From Caecitellus pseudoparvulus (taxonomy: Eukaryota; Protista; Bigyra: Bicosoecida): a stretch of 64,000 nucleotides of DNA. A program made the translations under genes and the position numbers. Of the stretch, positions 35,332 through 47,483 are shown in pieces (position 1 is the stretch's first letter; each line of letters begins with the position of its first letter). Location: positions 1 through 64,000 of the forward strand of contig CBFFRQ010000087.1 in the NCBI GenBank assembly GCA_965644315.1, written 5' to 3'. The notes beneath the pieces are model-generated. The model did no database searches. It was not told where the DNA came from and saw nothing but the letters and a program-made list of their open reading frames with translations.

Positions 35332-38300
35332 ATGCGCTTCCACGGCGGCCAACGCGTCTCATCTTCCCGGCTGGGACTCCTGCCAGCTGCCCTAGTGACT
35401 TTCTCACTGGCCCTGCTGTGCTGCACGGAGGGTGGGTGAGCCGCCGGGTGACACAGGGCACACGTACAACTGCATCATAACATGCACACTTCCCATGTTT
35501 CACGTCACAGTGCACGCAGGTGGTGGCAGTATTTCTCCTCCAGCCCCATCCCCCCCCAGCCAAGGTGTGCACTCGCACCGCTCAAGCACGCGGCTCTTCG
35601 CCCAACCCACTGCACCGTGCCAATCGCGCTTTGCTGCTTCACAGTGTGTCCCGTGGGCACGGCTCTCAACACCTCCTCTGCCTTGTGTGTCAGCTGCCCA
35701 CCAGGCAGGTACGGTGTGAGTGGCACAGGTACCCCTTGTGCCTGCTGCCCAGCGGGGCGATTTGCAGACTCGCCTGGACAAGTTCAATGCGAGACGACCC
35801 CGGGAGGGCACTTTTCTGAGGCATGTGCCGCTATACCATCCCCGTGTACTGATGGCTATTTTGCTCCCCCTGGCGCTTCTACCTGCTCCGCATGCCAGCA
35901 AGGCAGAGTGGGGTCCGGACCTGGAGTGGACACCACAGAGCAATGCGGCAAGGCGTGTCCAGCTGGGTACTGGTGCCCAGCAGGAACGGCTTCGCATCTC
36001 AAACAGTCCGAAGAGTGTGGCGCAGCTCCTGCATACTGCCCTGCAGGGGCTGCGTCCCGGAAAGTTGCTGAGGCAGGCCGTTACGTCTTCCCACCTCCGC
36101 CGCTTGGCAGCTCTGCAGCTTCCTGTCCAAAAGGGCACTGGTGTCTGAAGGGCATCAAACACCCGTGCCCTGATGGTACCATTCAGAACTTCACAGGTGC
36201 CTCTACATGCACAACTTGTAGACCTGGTACAGTTGCGGATGGCAGACATGAGCTGTGTGTCAAGCCAACATCGTCGGCAAGTTCGACAGCCTTTCCATCT
36301 CCATCACCCTCGGGTACCCCATCCACGTCAGGCACGCCCACCTCCACCGGCACGCCATCCACGTCAGGCACGCCCACCTCCACCGGCACGCCATCCACGT
36401 CAGGCACGCCCACCTCCACCGGCACGCCATCCACATCAGGCACGCCCACCTCCACCGGCACGCCATCCACATCAGGCACGCCCACCTCCACCGGCACGCC
36501 ATCCACGTCAGGCACGCCCACCTCCACCGGCACGCCATCCACGTCAGGCACGCCCACTGCTGCGGCAACAGGCACACCGACACCATCAGGTGATGCCACA
36601 CCATCCAGCACGCGTTCCCCCACCTCCACGAGCTCGGCCACGTCGTCTGTGTCGCCCACTGGCACACCCTCGGGTACGCCATCCACATCAGGCACGCCCA
36701 CCTCCACCGGCACGCCATCCGTATCCAGAACTCCAACTACTTCCGCGTCAATGACGCAAGCCCCCGTCTGCCAGAAAGGATTCGAACCTGTGGGCATCGT
36801 CTGCGAGGCCTGTAGCCCGGGCAGGTACGCTGATGAAGTTGGAAGCAATCCCTGCAAGCTGTGTCACGCAGGAACGTTCAGCGATAAGACGGGAAGCAGC
36901 GCGTGCAGCCCATGCCCTGCAGGTCGGACGTCAGAGGCTGGTGCTGCTTCGTGCCAAGGCTGCCCCAGGGGATTCTACAAAACACCGCAGATGCTTGCCT
37001 GTGAGGCATGTACTCCGGGAACGTACTCTTCCGATGAAGGCGAGACAGTGTGCAGAACATGCAGACCTGGCACAGCGAGCGCCGCCCACGGCGCTTCCAC
37101 TTGCACCGCCTGCAGGCCTGGATTCTTTTCCAATGGTCACCTACCCGCTCACGTCCAGGTCTGCACACGTTGCGACCCGGGAACGGGTAGCATGCAGGGC
37201 TACCATACTTGCATGCGCTGCAACGCAGACCAGCCGCAAGTGAAGGGTTTCACCTGTATTTCGACATCTGCTTCCCCAACTCCGACAACAAGCAAGAGTG
37301 CAAGCCCTTCTCTCAGGGAAGAAGCCCCCGTGACACACGCTGGCACGACTACCCCCACTGCGTCAGTTTCGGCGACACCAACGGTTTCGCCTTCACCCTC
37401 CGTGAGCCAAACCGCAAGTCACAGTGGGCTCCCCCTCCGCGAAATTCCGCTTCGCGAAGAATCGCCGAAACCCTCATCCTCCGTCACAGCGACCACCAGT
37501 CCGTCTCAACTCAGCAGCAACGATGCAGCGTCCACTGAGGCACTGGTGAGCGGCTCCCCTCCAGCATCCCCCTCACCCTTGCGCACTGCGGCGGCCACAC
37601 ACTCGGCGACAGTGTCCGCTGCCTCAGCGCCAACCACCTCCTCAACCCAAATACCAACTCCGAGCACAGCCCTCTCAGGTTCGCCCTCTCCCTCAAGGTC
37701 ACCCACTTCATCAGTCAGTGAGTCAGCCACCGGTACGCCAGCCATCACCCACTCTGCGACTGGATCCAGCATTCCAACACGCACCGCATCTGGCACGCCC
37801 ACCGCAACGTCCACCAGCTCGCCATCGCCGACAGCTACTGCCTCAATCACCAAAGATGCGAGTACTCCAACAAACCCTTCAAGTACACGTCGTGTAGGAA
37901 GCAGGACGCCCCAGCCTTCGCCATCCGCTCAGGCGGCCGCATCCCCAAGCAAGGGTACCGAGGCACCCGAAATGCCGACTCACTCCAACCTCCCGCAACA
38001 GCCATCAGCATCGCAGGCTGCAGCACAGAGCCCCCACGTCCGCACTTCGTCAAACATCACAGCCACCCCGAGCATGTCCTCGGCAGCCACTGCATCAAGG
38101 GGGGCAAAATCATGCCAGTCGGCATGGTGGGTGGTGTGTAGCGAGGAAGATGACCTGGACCCGGCCAATGGCAGGGGCACTCGCGTGGCCCTGCTGCCAG
38201 GAACCATGTGGACACACGAGGAAAACACAGAGACAGGGCTCCTTGATCTTTCCCCAGAAGAGGTGCAGCTCTGTCCGCGCTTCGGGGCCTGCCAAACAGG

Positions 38301-41300
38301 TGGTGTTGGGGGAGCTCAGACACGGTGCACTCGTGGCCACACAGGGGGGCTTTGCGCCGCCTGCCAAGCTGGATTCGGGGCTGAGACGAGCCTTCTAGGC
38401 ACGCTCTCAGCAGACTGCCGCCCTTGCCAGCCTTGCTCAGAGTGGGCCTTGCCGACGTGGCCTTGGGCGCTCGCCATTTTCGTCGTCGTGTCCGCTGCAG
38501 TCCTGATCGCGTCACATTGCTGTGTCAGCAAGCGAGGCACGCCTGCTGGAGACCTAGCGGCCGGCTCTGCCTTCATCCTGACAAGTTTCATCTTCACCCT
38601 GGCAGTTGGGACCCTGGCAGGTGCACAGCGGGATGAAACCCTACCTAGCGTGGGCGCAGCTGCGACATCTGCCACTGACTGGGCCGCAGCGTGCGGGCGA
38701 ACGCCAGAGAAGGTGGCCGTGTTTTCTGAGGGATACGTGCCTCCTGTGGATAACGTGACGTGGGTAAGCGACGCAGGCTCTGTGCCCCCCGCAGGCGCGT
38801 CAGTGTACGATCTGGACCTCCCGCTGGTCATGCGGCGACTGCCAGTGCTCCTTGCGACATCGCTGGGCTTGCTCCCCGCCACAAGCAGCCCTGTTTTCAG
38901 CTGTGTTGTAAGCGCCCTTGGGGCACCCTGGGTGGTGAACTCCACGTACGTTTTCGGGTCCATCCATTTGGCGGGAGCCCTAGCTTGCCTGGCACTGGTA
39001 GCCATGTGTGTGAACACCACGCTGCTGGTGACGGAACATGGCTTGGCCAGTCCCAGAGACTACGTGTGGAGCCTACACTTACCCCAAGGCAAGCAAGAGC
39101 GGGTAGACGAAGAGACACAGTACAGTCGGCCACTACTCAGGGGCCTGTTGGCCTCATGGACGTGTGTGCGAGCAGCCTTGAACGTGTACCTGCTCACGTG
39201 GGGGGCAGTTCTGGGCAGCATCCTCCTGTTGCTGGGGCCGCTGTGGAGCAAGCGTGGCACGGACGTGCTGGTAGCCCTCGGCATGACTTGGGGGCCCGGC
39301 GCAGTGCCCTGGCTCCGTGAGGTGTTGTGGATCCTGTTCGGACTGCATGGCGTCGTTGTCCCGCTCCTCCTCGCGACCATGCTAGGCTGCTGGGCGCCTG
39401 ACATGCTGCACAAGTGCCACCACACAAGCGCCACAATGGCTGCCTTAGCACCTGGCATCCGGGTGGAGCTCAACCCGCGTGTTGCAGCATGGCTATCAGA
39501 CGCAGTGCTGGAGGGGAACGCGTGGGTGCCGCGTGGGCTGGAGTCAACGCCGCACTTGCAGCTTGGCCGCCGCGTGGCCAGCGCCGTCGCACGCCGCACA
39601 GCAGCTGAGCTCCGCAACCGCTCCTGCATGCTGGGAAGCTGCTGTCCCGCACACTGGCTCGTGCCCAGCCGCATGCTGCTTGGTTCGTTGATGATGTCTG
39701 CACTGTGGCTTGCCCAGCCCGGAGCACTGCGCCTCCGCATGGTGCTCATCCCCCTCATCCTGTCAGCTGCGATCACAGCTCTGCGCCAGCCCTACGCGGT
39801 ACACGAACTCAACGCCATGGACTTGTACGCGCATGTGGTCGCACTTCTGCATGTTTCAGCTGTATTCTCAGATGCTTCACCTGGCAGCCTCACGATTCTG
39901 GCGATCCTTGAGCTGCTTGTACTGTTGCGGCTGTCTCTTGCCATGGCTCGTGCGACGTGCAGACCAGTGCACCTTTCCATGGTGGGAGTGACTGCAGCTT
40001 TCAGCGTCGCCTTGGAGAGTCTCCCGCAGCACTTGGCGCGGGAGGACGCGCTGACGGCATCAGACTGGTGCGACCCCGTCGATTGCATCCGCGCTGGGTT
40101 TGTGGATCGGGGCTGCCAAAGATGTGGCTGGCCGCTGCAAGGCATGCGCAGGGCAGCATCTGCCAGCGCGACGCAGCAGTGGAGAGACTTAGTGTCGCAA
40201 GTGGCTGCCATTACCATTCAGCAAGCCAGCCGGGGGGACGACGTCGATCCCCAGCAGCTGCTTCAGGCAGTCATGCGAGTGCTGGACTTGTCCCTGCTCA
40301 TGCCTGTGGGGCCTGTGGAGTGCTTGTTGCGGCGACCCATTGTGGGTGCCAAGTTCAAGGCCGACATTGCAGAATCAATCGTGGAAGCCTTGTCTTCCAC
40401 GCCACCCCCATCCCGCCAGCTGTCACCAAAGGCTCGCCAGAAGCACACCAAGCACTTGGGACTGCACCACACATTGCAGCAGGGTGGTCGCTGGCACGAC
40501 GCTGACGAACTACCGTCGAGCTCTGCCACCCAAGTTGTATTCATCCCGTGTGACGATGGCGGGGATGAATCTGTGGATGGCCAAGCTACACAGCAGGTGA
40601 AAGTGCTCAGCGCGGCTGCAGGGAGTCCGGCGCGCACACAAGAAATGGAGCCTGCACACCTTCACCATGTACAGCTGGATATCCCAGTCGAAGATTCAAG
40701 TGCAAGAACTGCGTCGACTGCCTCGTGGGAAGCCCTTCCCGGTGAAGCAACGCTTCTGCACTTTCACGCTGAGCCGCTCGCTGACGGAGGTTCCGAGGCT
40801 CACAACACATCGGGGGCCTTCCTAACACCTATGACAAAGACAGAAGTGCATGAAGGGGAACGCAGGCGCGGAATGTGGTCAAGCATGGATGCAAAGGCGG
40901 CCCCAGCCCAGGCCTTGGGCGATGGCAGCGGATGGTTGGCAAGCTCGCCACGAGCAGAGCAGCAACCCAACTCCTTCCCGGAGGTCAGAACGCCAGAACC
41001 ACTTGCAAGCATGAGCAGACGAAGTGCAAGGACTCAATCATCGATAACTCAAGCTCAGCGCGATGGGGAGTCCTGCATAAGGCGTGAAAGCAAGTCTGGC
41101 ACGGAAGAGCAATCGCCAGTGGAACTGCCGGCAACCTCGAGCACCGCACGTGAACAAGAAAGCCAGTGGGTAGCTCCACACCAGCTACCCTCACATAGTC
41201 CACCTTCCCTGGCAATACCAGGAACACGCGAGCGGCCGGCAGAAGTAGCTTCAAGCGCAGACGCAAGCACACAGTCGGACTCTTACTCCGGTGCACCACA

Positions 41301-42186
41301 GCACCTCGAATCAGAGCAGAGCACCGGCACCACTTCCCGCACTAGTCTGGGAGCCTGTGAATCAGAGCAAAGAAATCTTCATTCAAGCACTGCCGAAGGG
41401 GGGTCGTGTCCTTCCCAACAGAGCGCAGTCACTGGGGAGGCAGAGATCGCACGTGGCCAGCGCCCGACCCACAAGCACACGCACACAGCTGATCCTGCTG
41501 ACACTGCATCGCCACTTGGAGTAGCAGCACAGCACACAAGCGTGCGTGATGTGGTCGAAGAGGAGGACTGTGATTCACCTGAGGAGGCTGAATCCCTGCA
41601 GCCGACTCCTGCAGCGACAGACGAGTCGACCACTCCCAAGCCGGGGGAAGCGGGAGTCACTGGCCCCGGCACACCTCCTTGTGTCAAGCAGCGCAGTGAC
41701 GATGCGACCGCCAGCACTCAAGCCACCACGCGCAAGACAGATTTAGGTGGGCGTGCCGAAAGCGAGGGTGCATCAACTGCATCCCAGCCGGCGCAGGGTC
41801 CAGGCAGGGCGGCATCGGACTCGACCAGCAGCGTCCAGACTATGGCGAGTCGGGGGCAAGCTGCCAAGGCCAGGTGGAAGCAAGCCAGCCTTAAAGTATC
41901 AGCTGCACGTGCGGCATACCTCGCCGCTGCGGGAGTTGGCAAGGACTGCAAGTTGCCAGTGCCGCGGACTCCCGCTGGACAGCGGGAGGCTTCGGCGGCA
42001 GAGCAAGTGGCACCATCTCCCATGCTTTCTCAAGGCACAGTAGCCCGCATCGCAGCCAAGTTCATGAGAGGAGGCGCTCAGAAGAAACCCCGTGGCACCA
42101 TTCGACACAGTCCTCCGCGGGTCAGCCTTCCTACACCCTCGGCAGCGGTAGCGGCAACAGCGACTGAGGAAAGGGACCCGAACTGA
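35332..42186 (+). CDS. Large cell-surface protein: signal peptide, Cys-rich GCC2/GCC3 (ephrin-receptor/TNFR-like) repeats, Ser/Thr mucin tracts, multi-TM region, disordered tail
   Basis: Proposed exon 1 [33 protein letters not shown]; two phase-1 introns lead to VCPVGT; many CxxCxxGxY/F repeats; [13 protein letters not shown] just before hydrophobic segments at ~38450-39950. 5' exons tentative. Confidence 0.75.
36325..36720 (+). repeat. 36-nt tandem coding repeat ([12 protein letters not shown]), ~6.5 copies plus one detached copy
   Basis: Unit ACGTCAGGCACGCCCACCTCCACCGGCACGCCATCC from 36325 to ~36557 and again at ~36685-36720. Confidence 0.92.
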
Positions 42187-42636
42187 CACTGGCCTGGGAA
42201 CGCGAAGCTGAGTCCACGAGTGGGATGTATCCTGACTCTACATGGACAAAGGATAATGTTCCGGGAGAAAATGTAGATTGTCTGGCGTCACAAAGCATGT
42301 TGCAAGACGCGCAGCCCCAGCAAGGCAGGGGCTGCGCCACAGCTGTGAGGTTCACGCCAGCTGAACGCAGAGTGGCCTGCCACGACAAATCACAAGGCCA
42401 CTCCCCCTCGGCCCCAAGGGGTGGTGACAGGCAAACTCCCACCGATCTCATTCATCGCATGAGCACAGACTGGCCCAGTGTCAGCTCACCCCTTGTCGTC
42501 TTTCGGCTGCGAAGTTTGCCATTTGAAGAGGCTCGTTGCGCCGTCCAAAATCCGCAGGCACCACTTCCTCTGCTCTACATTCACGACTAGGGGCGCTTGA
42601 GAGGGAACAAAAGGAAAAATCCCTTTCAAATCCATC

Positions 42637-45180
42637 ATGTCCAGCGCCATCTACCCCCGCTCAGCTTGGGCAACTCCACCTCGCCTCGCTGCAGCTGCCG
42701 TCATCGCGACAGTCTGCCTGGCCTGCGCACCTCTGCTCCTTGATCCATCCACACAACAGGGCATGGACCAAGCCGCTCGTTTTGACGAAGTTCCAGCGAC
42801 GCTGCAGAACCCCTTGGTGACGCAGCCCTCCTTCGACTTGCCAAGGCTGCTGGCCAGCGATTTCTGGGGCACTGACATGCACTCGGCTGGCTCCCACCGC
42901 TCGTGGCGCCCGGCTGCCAGCGCCTGGTTCTGGCTGCTGTGGCGAGTGGGGGGTGCGCAGGCCTGGCCCTTTCGCGTTGCATCATTTCTGCTGCGGTGTT
43001 TGCTCTGCCTCTTGCTCCTGCACACTGCCCACGGCGCTGTAACGTGGCGGGCAGCACTGGGGGAGACACAGGCTTGGGCTGTAGCTGGCTCCGCGGCCTG
43101 TCTTTTCGCTGCCCATGCACTGCATTCAGACACTGTGGCCTTCGCAGTGGGACAGGCGGACATGTTTGCTGCGTGTGTGACCCTGTACGGCGTCAACTTG
43201 CACCTGGCCTGGCTCAAGGCACCTGACCAGCCCAGTCTGCTATCTGGAGCGCTGCAAGGGCTGAAGATTGCAGCACTCACCGTCCTGGCCTGCAGCTTCA
43301 AGGAGACTGGCGTGGCCCTGGCCGGCATTGTGCTGGTCCTTGACGTGGGCCTGCTGCTGCTGCCTGCGCTGGTGCAGGCAAAGGAGGGGCGGCATCCGCC
43401 GCTGTCTGGACCCGACGCCCGAGCTGGCGTGTTGGCGCTGGGCACGGCGCTGTGGCTGTACGTCCGACTCAAGGTCGTGCAGCCGGGGCCGCCCACCTTC
43501 CCTCCCCACATGAACCCCATCGCCACGCACCCAAACACTGCCGTGCGCCTGGCCACGTATGCCTGGACTGCGTCCCAGCACTTTGCGTGGCTGGTGCTGC
43601 CGTGGCCGCTGTGTGTGGACTGGGCCAACAACGCCATCGCCCCCATCACGACTGTTGCTGATGCCAGGAACGTCATGACGGTTCTCGTACTGAGCTTTGT
43701 CGCTGGCGCCACCGCACTGGCCATCATGCGCTGGGCTCGATGGGTGGCGGCAGGCGCCCAACACCGCACCATGCCCCTCGCGACCACGCTCGCTGCCGCG
43801 CTCACTTTGCTGCCGTTCCTGCCAGGCAGCAACTTGCTGTTCCCAGTGGGGTTCGTGCTGGCTGAACGCATCATGCTGCTTCCCAGCGCAGGCGCTGCGG
43901 TGGCCCTGGCGGTGGCGCTGAGCACGGCGGGTGGCGGCGGCCTTGCCCACTCCTTCCGCACACGAGTCATGCCCCTGTGCATCCTAGCCATGCTGCTGTA
44001 CACTGCACAGCGCATGTACATCCTCAGTGACACTGATCGCATGGCTGCAGACTGGCTGGCCACGACTCCGCACTCGCAGAAGGCGTGGCAGAACATGCTG
44101 CGACCGCTGGAAGGGCAGGGGCTGTTCTTGCCGAGCGACATGCCAAGCGAACGCCAGCACTGCTACGCCATGCCGGGCACACAGGACGCACAGCACAACT
44201 GTAGCGGTGTGCGCTTGAATACCCTGCGCGGCATGATGGAGATCATGGCTCGCCCCCCCTCCCGTCCCTGTGACGATGAGCCTGAAACCGACTGCGATGT
44301 GTGGGCGTACGACGTCGCCCGTCCTCGCCCCAGCACCGGCACGCTGGCCCTCCAAGCCTGGTGTGCTGCCAGCGCAGCACGCGGATGGCATGCACACCCC
44401 CCGTCGCCTGAAGCTGCACACTGGCCGCTCATCCCCGTGCACAGCATGAGTGCGGTGGAGGTGGCCGTGTGCAGTTACAGTCTGGATCCTAGCACTGGCT
44501 CTGCCGCCTACATTATCAGCCAAAGCATCCTGCGTGACGAAAGAGCCGCACACTTACACGCATCAGCTATGAAGGTACTCGAAGGTACGCTCGCCCGGTT
44601 CAAAGCAGCCCACAAAGAAGGCCACAGCCGCATCGGGCAGTCTCAAATCTTCGTTGCAGTCAGCACCGCTGCACGGCTGGCAGGGCACAGCATGCGCGCT
44701 GCCAGGCAGGCGCAGGGCATCCTGGAGGGGCCCAACAGCTATGTTCTTTGGGCACAAGACCTCCTTCGCGAGTTCCCTGCCGTGGCTGCTCAGACGGCAG
44801 CAGCCATGACGAAGCACGTCGCCTTCGCCGACCTGCGAGCTGCAGACGCATCACCCGACATTCTGACGCCGCAGGGGCCGAACCATGGCCCCACTGTGGA
44901 CATGCTAGTGGCGCTTGTGGCCGCGAATATGTACAGTGCTGCAGGACACGTCAAGGAGGCTGCCAACGTCCTGGGCACACTGCTGCTGCGTCATTATTGC
45001 TTCGCACCTCAGCCCGCAGAGCTAGCCGTGTGCTGTGAAGCTGTCTTGGTGCAGCGAGCAGCTGATGCATACATGGCCCTGGCGAAGGCGGTGCCTGCCA
45101 TGGCCGCCTTTGGGCAGGAAAACGCCGCCCACATCGTGGCACACTTCAACAGCGCCTGTGTCAGCGGCGCAAGTCAGTGA
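42637..45180 (+). CDS. TMTC: TMTC-like GT-C protein O-mannosyltransferase (DUF1736)
   Basis: DFWG...SAGSHRSWRP, FAAH..HSDTVA..VGQAD, KETG, PWPLCVDW, VGFVLAERIMLLPSAG; apparently a single exon. Confidence 0.85.
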   Translation: MSSAIYPRSAWATPPRLAAAAVIATVCLACAPLLLDPSTQQGMDQAARFDEVPATLQNPLVTQPSFDLPRLLASDFWGTDMHSAGSHRSWRPAASAWFWLLWRVGGAQAWPFRVASFLLRCLLCLLLLHTAHGAVTWRAALGETQAWAVAGSAACLFAAHALHSDTVAFAVGQADMFAACVTLYGVNLHLAWLKAPDQPSLLSGALQGLKIAALTVLACSFKETGVALAGIVLVLDVGLLLLPALVQAKEGRHPPLSGPDARAGVLALGTALWLYVRLKVVQPGPPTFPPHMNPIATHPNTAVRLATYAWTASQHFAWLVLPWPLCVDWANNAIAPITTVADARNVMTVLVLSFVAGATALAIMRWARWVAAGAQHRTMPLATTLAAALTLLPFLPGSNLLFPVGFVLAERIMLLPSAGAAVALAVALSTAGGGGLAHSFRTRVMPLCILAMLLYTAQRMYILSDTDRMAADWLATTPHSQKAWQNMLRPLEGQGLFLPSDMPSERQHCYAMPGTQDAQHNCSGVRLNTLRGMMEIMARPPSRPCDDEPETDCDVWAYDVARPRPSTGTLALQAWCAASAARGWHAHPPSPEAAHWPLIPVHSMSAVEVAVCSYSLDPSTGSAAYIISQSILRDERAAHLHASAMKVLEGTLARFKAAHKEGHSRIGQSQIFVAVSTAARLAGHSMRAARQAQGILEGPNSYVLWAQDLLREFPAVAAQTAAAMTKHVAFADLRAADASPDILTPQGPNHGPTVDMLVALVAANMYSAAGHVKEAANVLGTLLLRHYCFAPQPAELAVCCEAVLVQRAADAYMALAKAVPAMAAFGQENAAHIVAHFNSACVSGASQ

Positions 45181-45226
45181 CGGACACACCTCGCCACGCT
45201 ACGCGGGACGATGAGTGCGTGAGCCA

Positions 45227-46052
45227 ATGCATGATCGGCTCATTTCTCTGCTGGGGGCCAAGACTCCAAACGTACCCTTCGTCTCCACCCCGACACATCG
45301 TGGTTGCAGCCGGGGGGTGTTTGAGCTGCCTGCAACGCCTCCAGGAAGCGAACTCGCTGCGCAAGAATCACCCGCCATCGCAACGCCTACCAGACCAGTC
45401 CGGATTGCTGCCCTTACAGCAAGCATTGCCAGGAGGATGAAGACAAACGCTAAGGAACAACTGGAAGCTTTCGGTTCGTTTTCATTTCCGCTGTGTGAAA
45501 CTCCGAAACGCTTCTCGCAAACACGCCTTCCTGACTCTGCCCGCAGACGAGGTCGTTGACATGAGTGGTGATGAGGGCAAGAGTGACAGTTCAAGTCCTG
45601 ACTTGGAGAGTGGTGGTGTGTCCTGGACAGCTGGCAGCCCTTCCCCACCACGGAGTGCTGCTGGTGCCGTCGGCGCGACACCAGCTGCCACTTCCCCTGC
45701 CCGTGCGTTGATGCGTCTCGACTCAGCGAGCCCAATTCCGTGGGCCTCTACTGATCGAGCTCTGTTGCAAACACCGTCCAAGAATGGGGTGCAGACGCAC
45801 CCTGACAAGAAGGAGTTCGCCACCAAGCCTCACAGGCGCAGTGCCCGGGCTGGCGAACATTCCAAAACACGAACCAGGTCGGTTTTCAGAGTGCAGCATT
45901 CCTTGGATGCTCCGGCTGCCCTGCTCAGGCTCGCCCCGCTCGCCTCCCAGTGGCCAGCGTCAGGGTACCAAGCCAGTCCTCGCTGGCCTACGAGACTGAG
46001 CGCTCTAGCCCGACAGCAGCAAGGTCAGCGCTGCAGGGCGGAAGTTTTGTGA
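45227..46052 (+). CDS. Possible hypothetical low-complexity protein (two exons)
   Basis: ORF ...KEQLEAF can splice (G|GTTCG...CCGCAG|AC) to DEVVDMSGDEG...; no homology recognised. Confidence 0.3.
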
Positions 46053-46120
46053 CAGCTGCAAGTTGACCCAGTTGAGAGGGGCCCTCTCGCGTCCGAAACA
46101 TTGCTTGGCAGTGCTGCAGC

Positions 46121-47339
46121 ATGAACGGCTTCTGTGCGTGGCGAGGCGTTGTCAGGCACAGCGCTGTTTTGACGCCACCCACATGCACACACTGCCTGAG
46201 CACAGACAAGGCGCCAGTATCGAAGGGGCTCATTGGCACGGTGGGTGTGGCTTCTGTGGCAGCATGGATGCTGGACGTGACCGCAGGAAACCTGGAGCTG
46301 AGTGAGTGCTGGCGGCACGTGAAACGCAAGTGGCACGCCCCGCACGACTGCCCCGTCCCTCCACGCCTCAACGGCAGATTCCGCGAAAGTCTTTGAGGGG
46401 GAGGTTTGGCGTGTGTTCATGAGCCACTTCGTCGCTGCCAGGTGCGTGGGCTGCCTCCCAGCCTGTGCGACGCTTCACTCGGCAGACATGCCACCTGGCT
46501 CACTCCGCACCCATCACAGCCCTGTGCACTTGGTGTTCAGCCTGGGGCTGCTGTACAACTTCAGACACTTCGAGCGCTTGCTGGGCAGCAACAAGTTTTC
46601 CCTCTTCTTGCTCCTCGCTGGCCTGGCCGGCTCTGGCGCGCTACTGGCTGCTCAGGCGGCGGGCTTGGCGCCCCCCCTCACTGGCCCCACACTGCTGCTC
46701 TTCGCGCTGTTTCCACTGTACATGCGCCTCGTGCCGCGCCGCGTGCCAGCGCAGTTCACCCTGCTCGGCATTTCCTTCTCCGACAAAGCCATGGTGTACC
46801 TGGCCGGCCTCCAGCTGGCTTTCGCCGACGGTGCCAAGTCACTCCTCCCAGCAGTAGTGGGCACTGTGCTGGGGGCGCTGTACTTGGCCAACGTAGCTGG
46901 CGTCGGCGCTGCCCGTTGGCCGGCAGCTCTGCACTCCACTGCAGAAGCGGCGTTCCTGCCCGTGCTGGGCGAGGAGCACCCCAGCCGGGTCGCAGCGCGA
47001 CGTGCCGCGGCGCGAGCCCAACGCGAGCGTCAGCAGTTGCAGGCGCAAGCCATGGCAATGGCTCGGCAGGGAGGTGCACGTGGTGAGCAGCTGAGGGCTC
47101 TGCAGGCCATGCTGGCTGCGCAGGGGGGGGCTGGTGCAGAGGGGGGTGGAGGGGGGGTGCCCATGGGCGGCACGGGGGGGGGTCCCACCCCCCCTCCACC
47201 CATGCCCCGTGTGGAGCCGGACGAGGCAGCAGTGCAGCAGCTGATGGCCATGGGCTTCGACCGCGCGGAGTCAGAGGCGGCCCTGGCGGCCACAGGGAAC
47301 AACGCTGACGCGGCCGCGGCCAGACTGCTGGGCGACTGA
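46121..47339 (+). CDS. UBAC2: UBAC2/Dsc2-like rhomboid pseudoprotease with C-terminal UBA domain
   Basis: Spliced N-terminus MNGF-Y-KAPVSKGL (cf. YKAPLSK), VWRVF.SHF, LYNFRHFERLLGSNKF, SDKAMVYL.GLQL, UBA QLMAMGFDR...AL.ATGNN; three introns. Confidence 0.88.
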
Positions 47340-47483
47340 GCACGCCACACCCTGTCAGAGGCTCTCTCTCACCGCACAATGCATGTGGCTCGACCCACCC
47401 CCATCCCCCACGCACAGCGGCACAGCAGCACAGCAAGGATGCATTTGCACACAGACAGCAGCAGCGCAGAGCAGCCCCCCCCC

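Noticed and set aside
34190-35578. 462-aa ORF as one protein
   Set aside because: Only its last ~95 aa (one SPATA4 exon) are coding; the true start is ATG 34689 in another frame.
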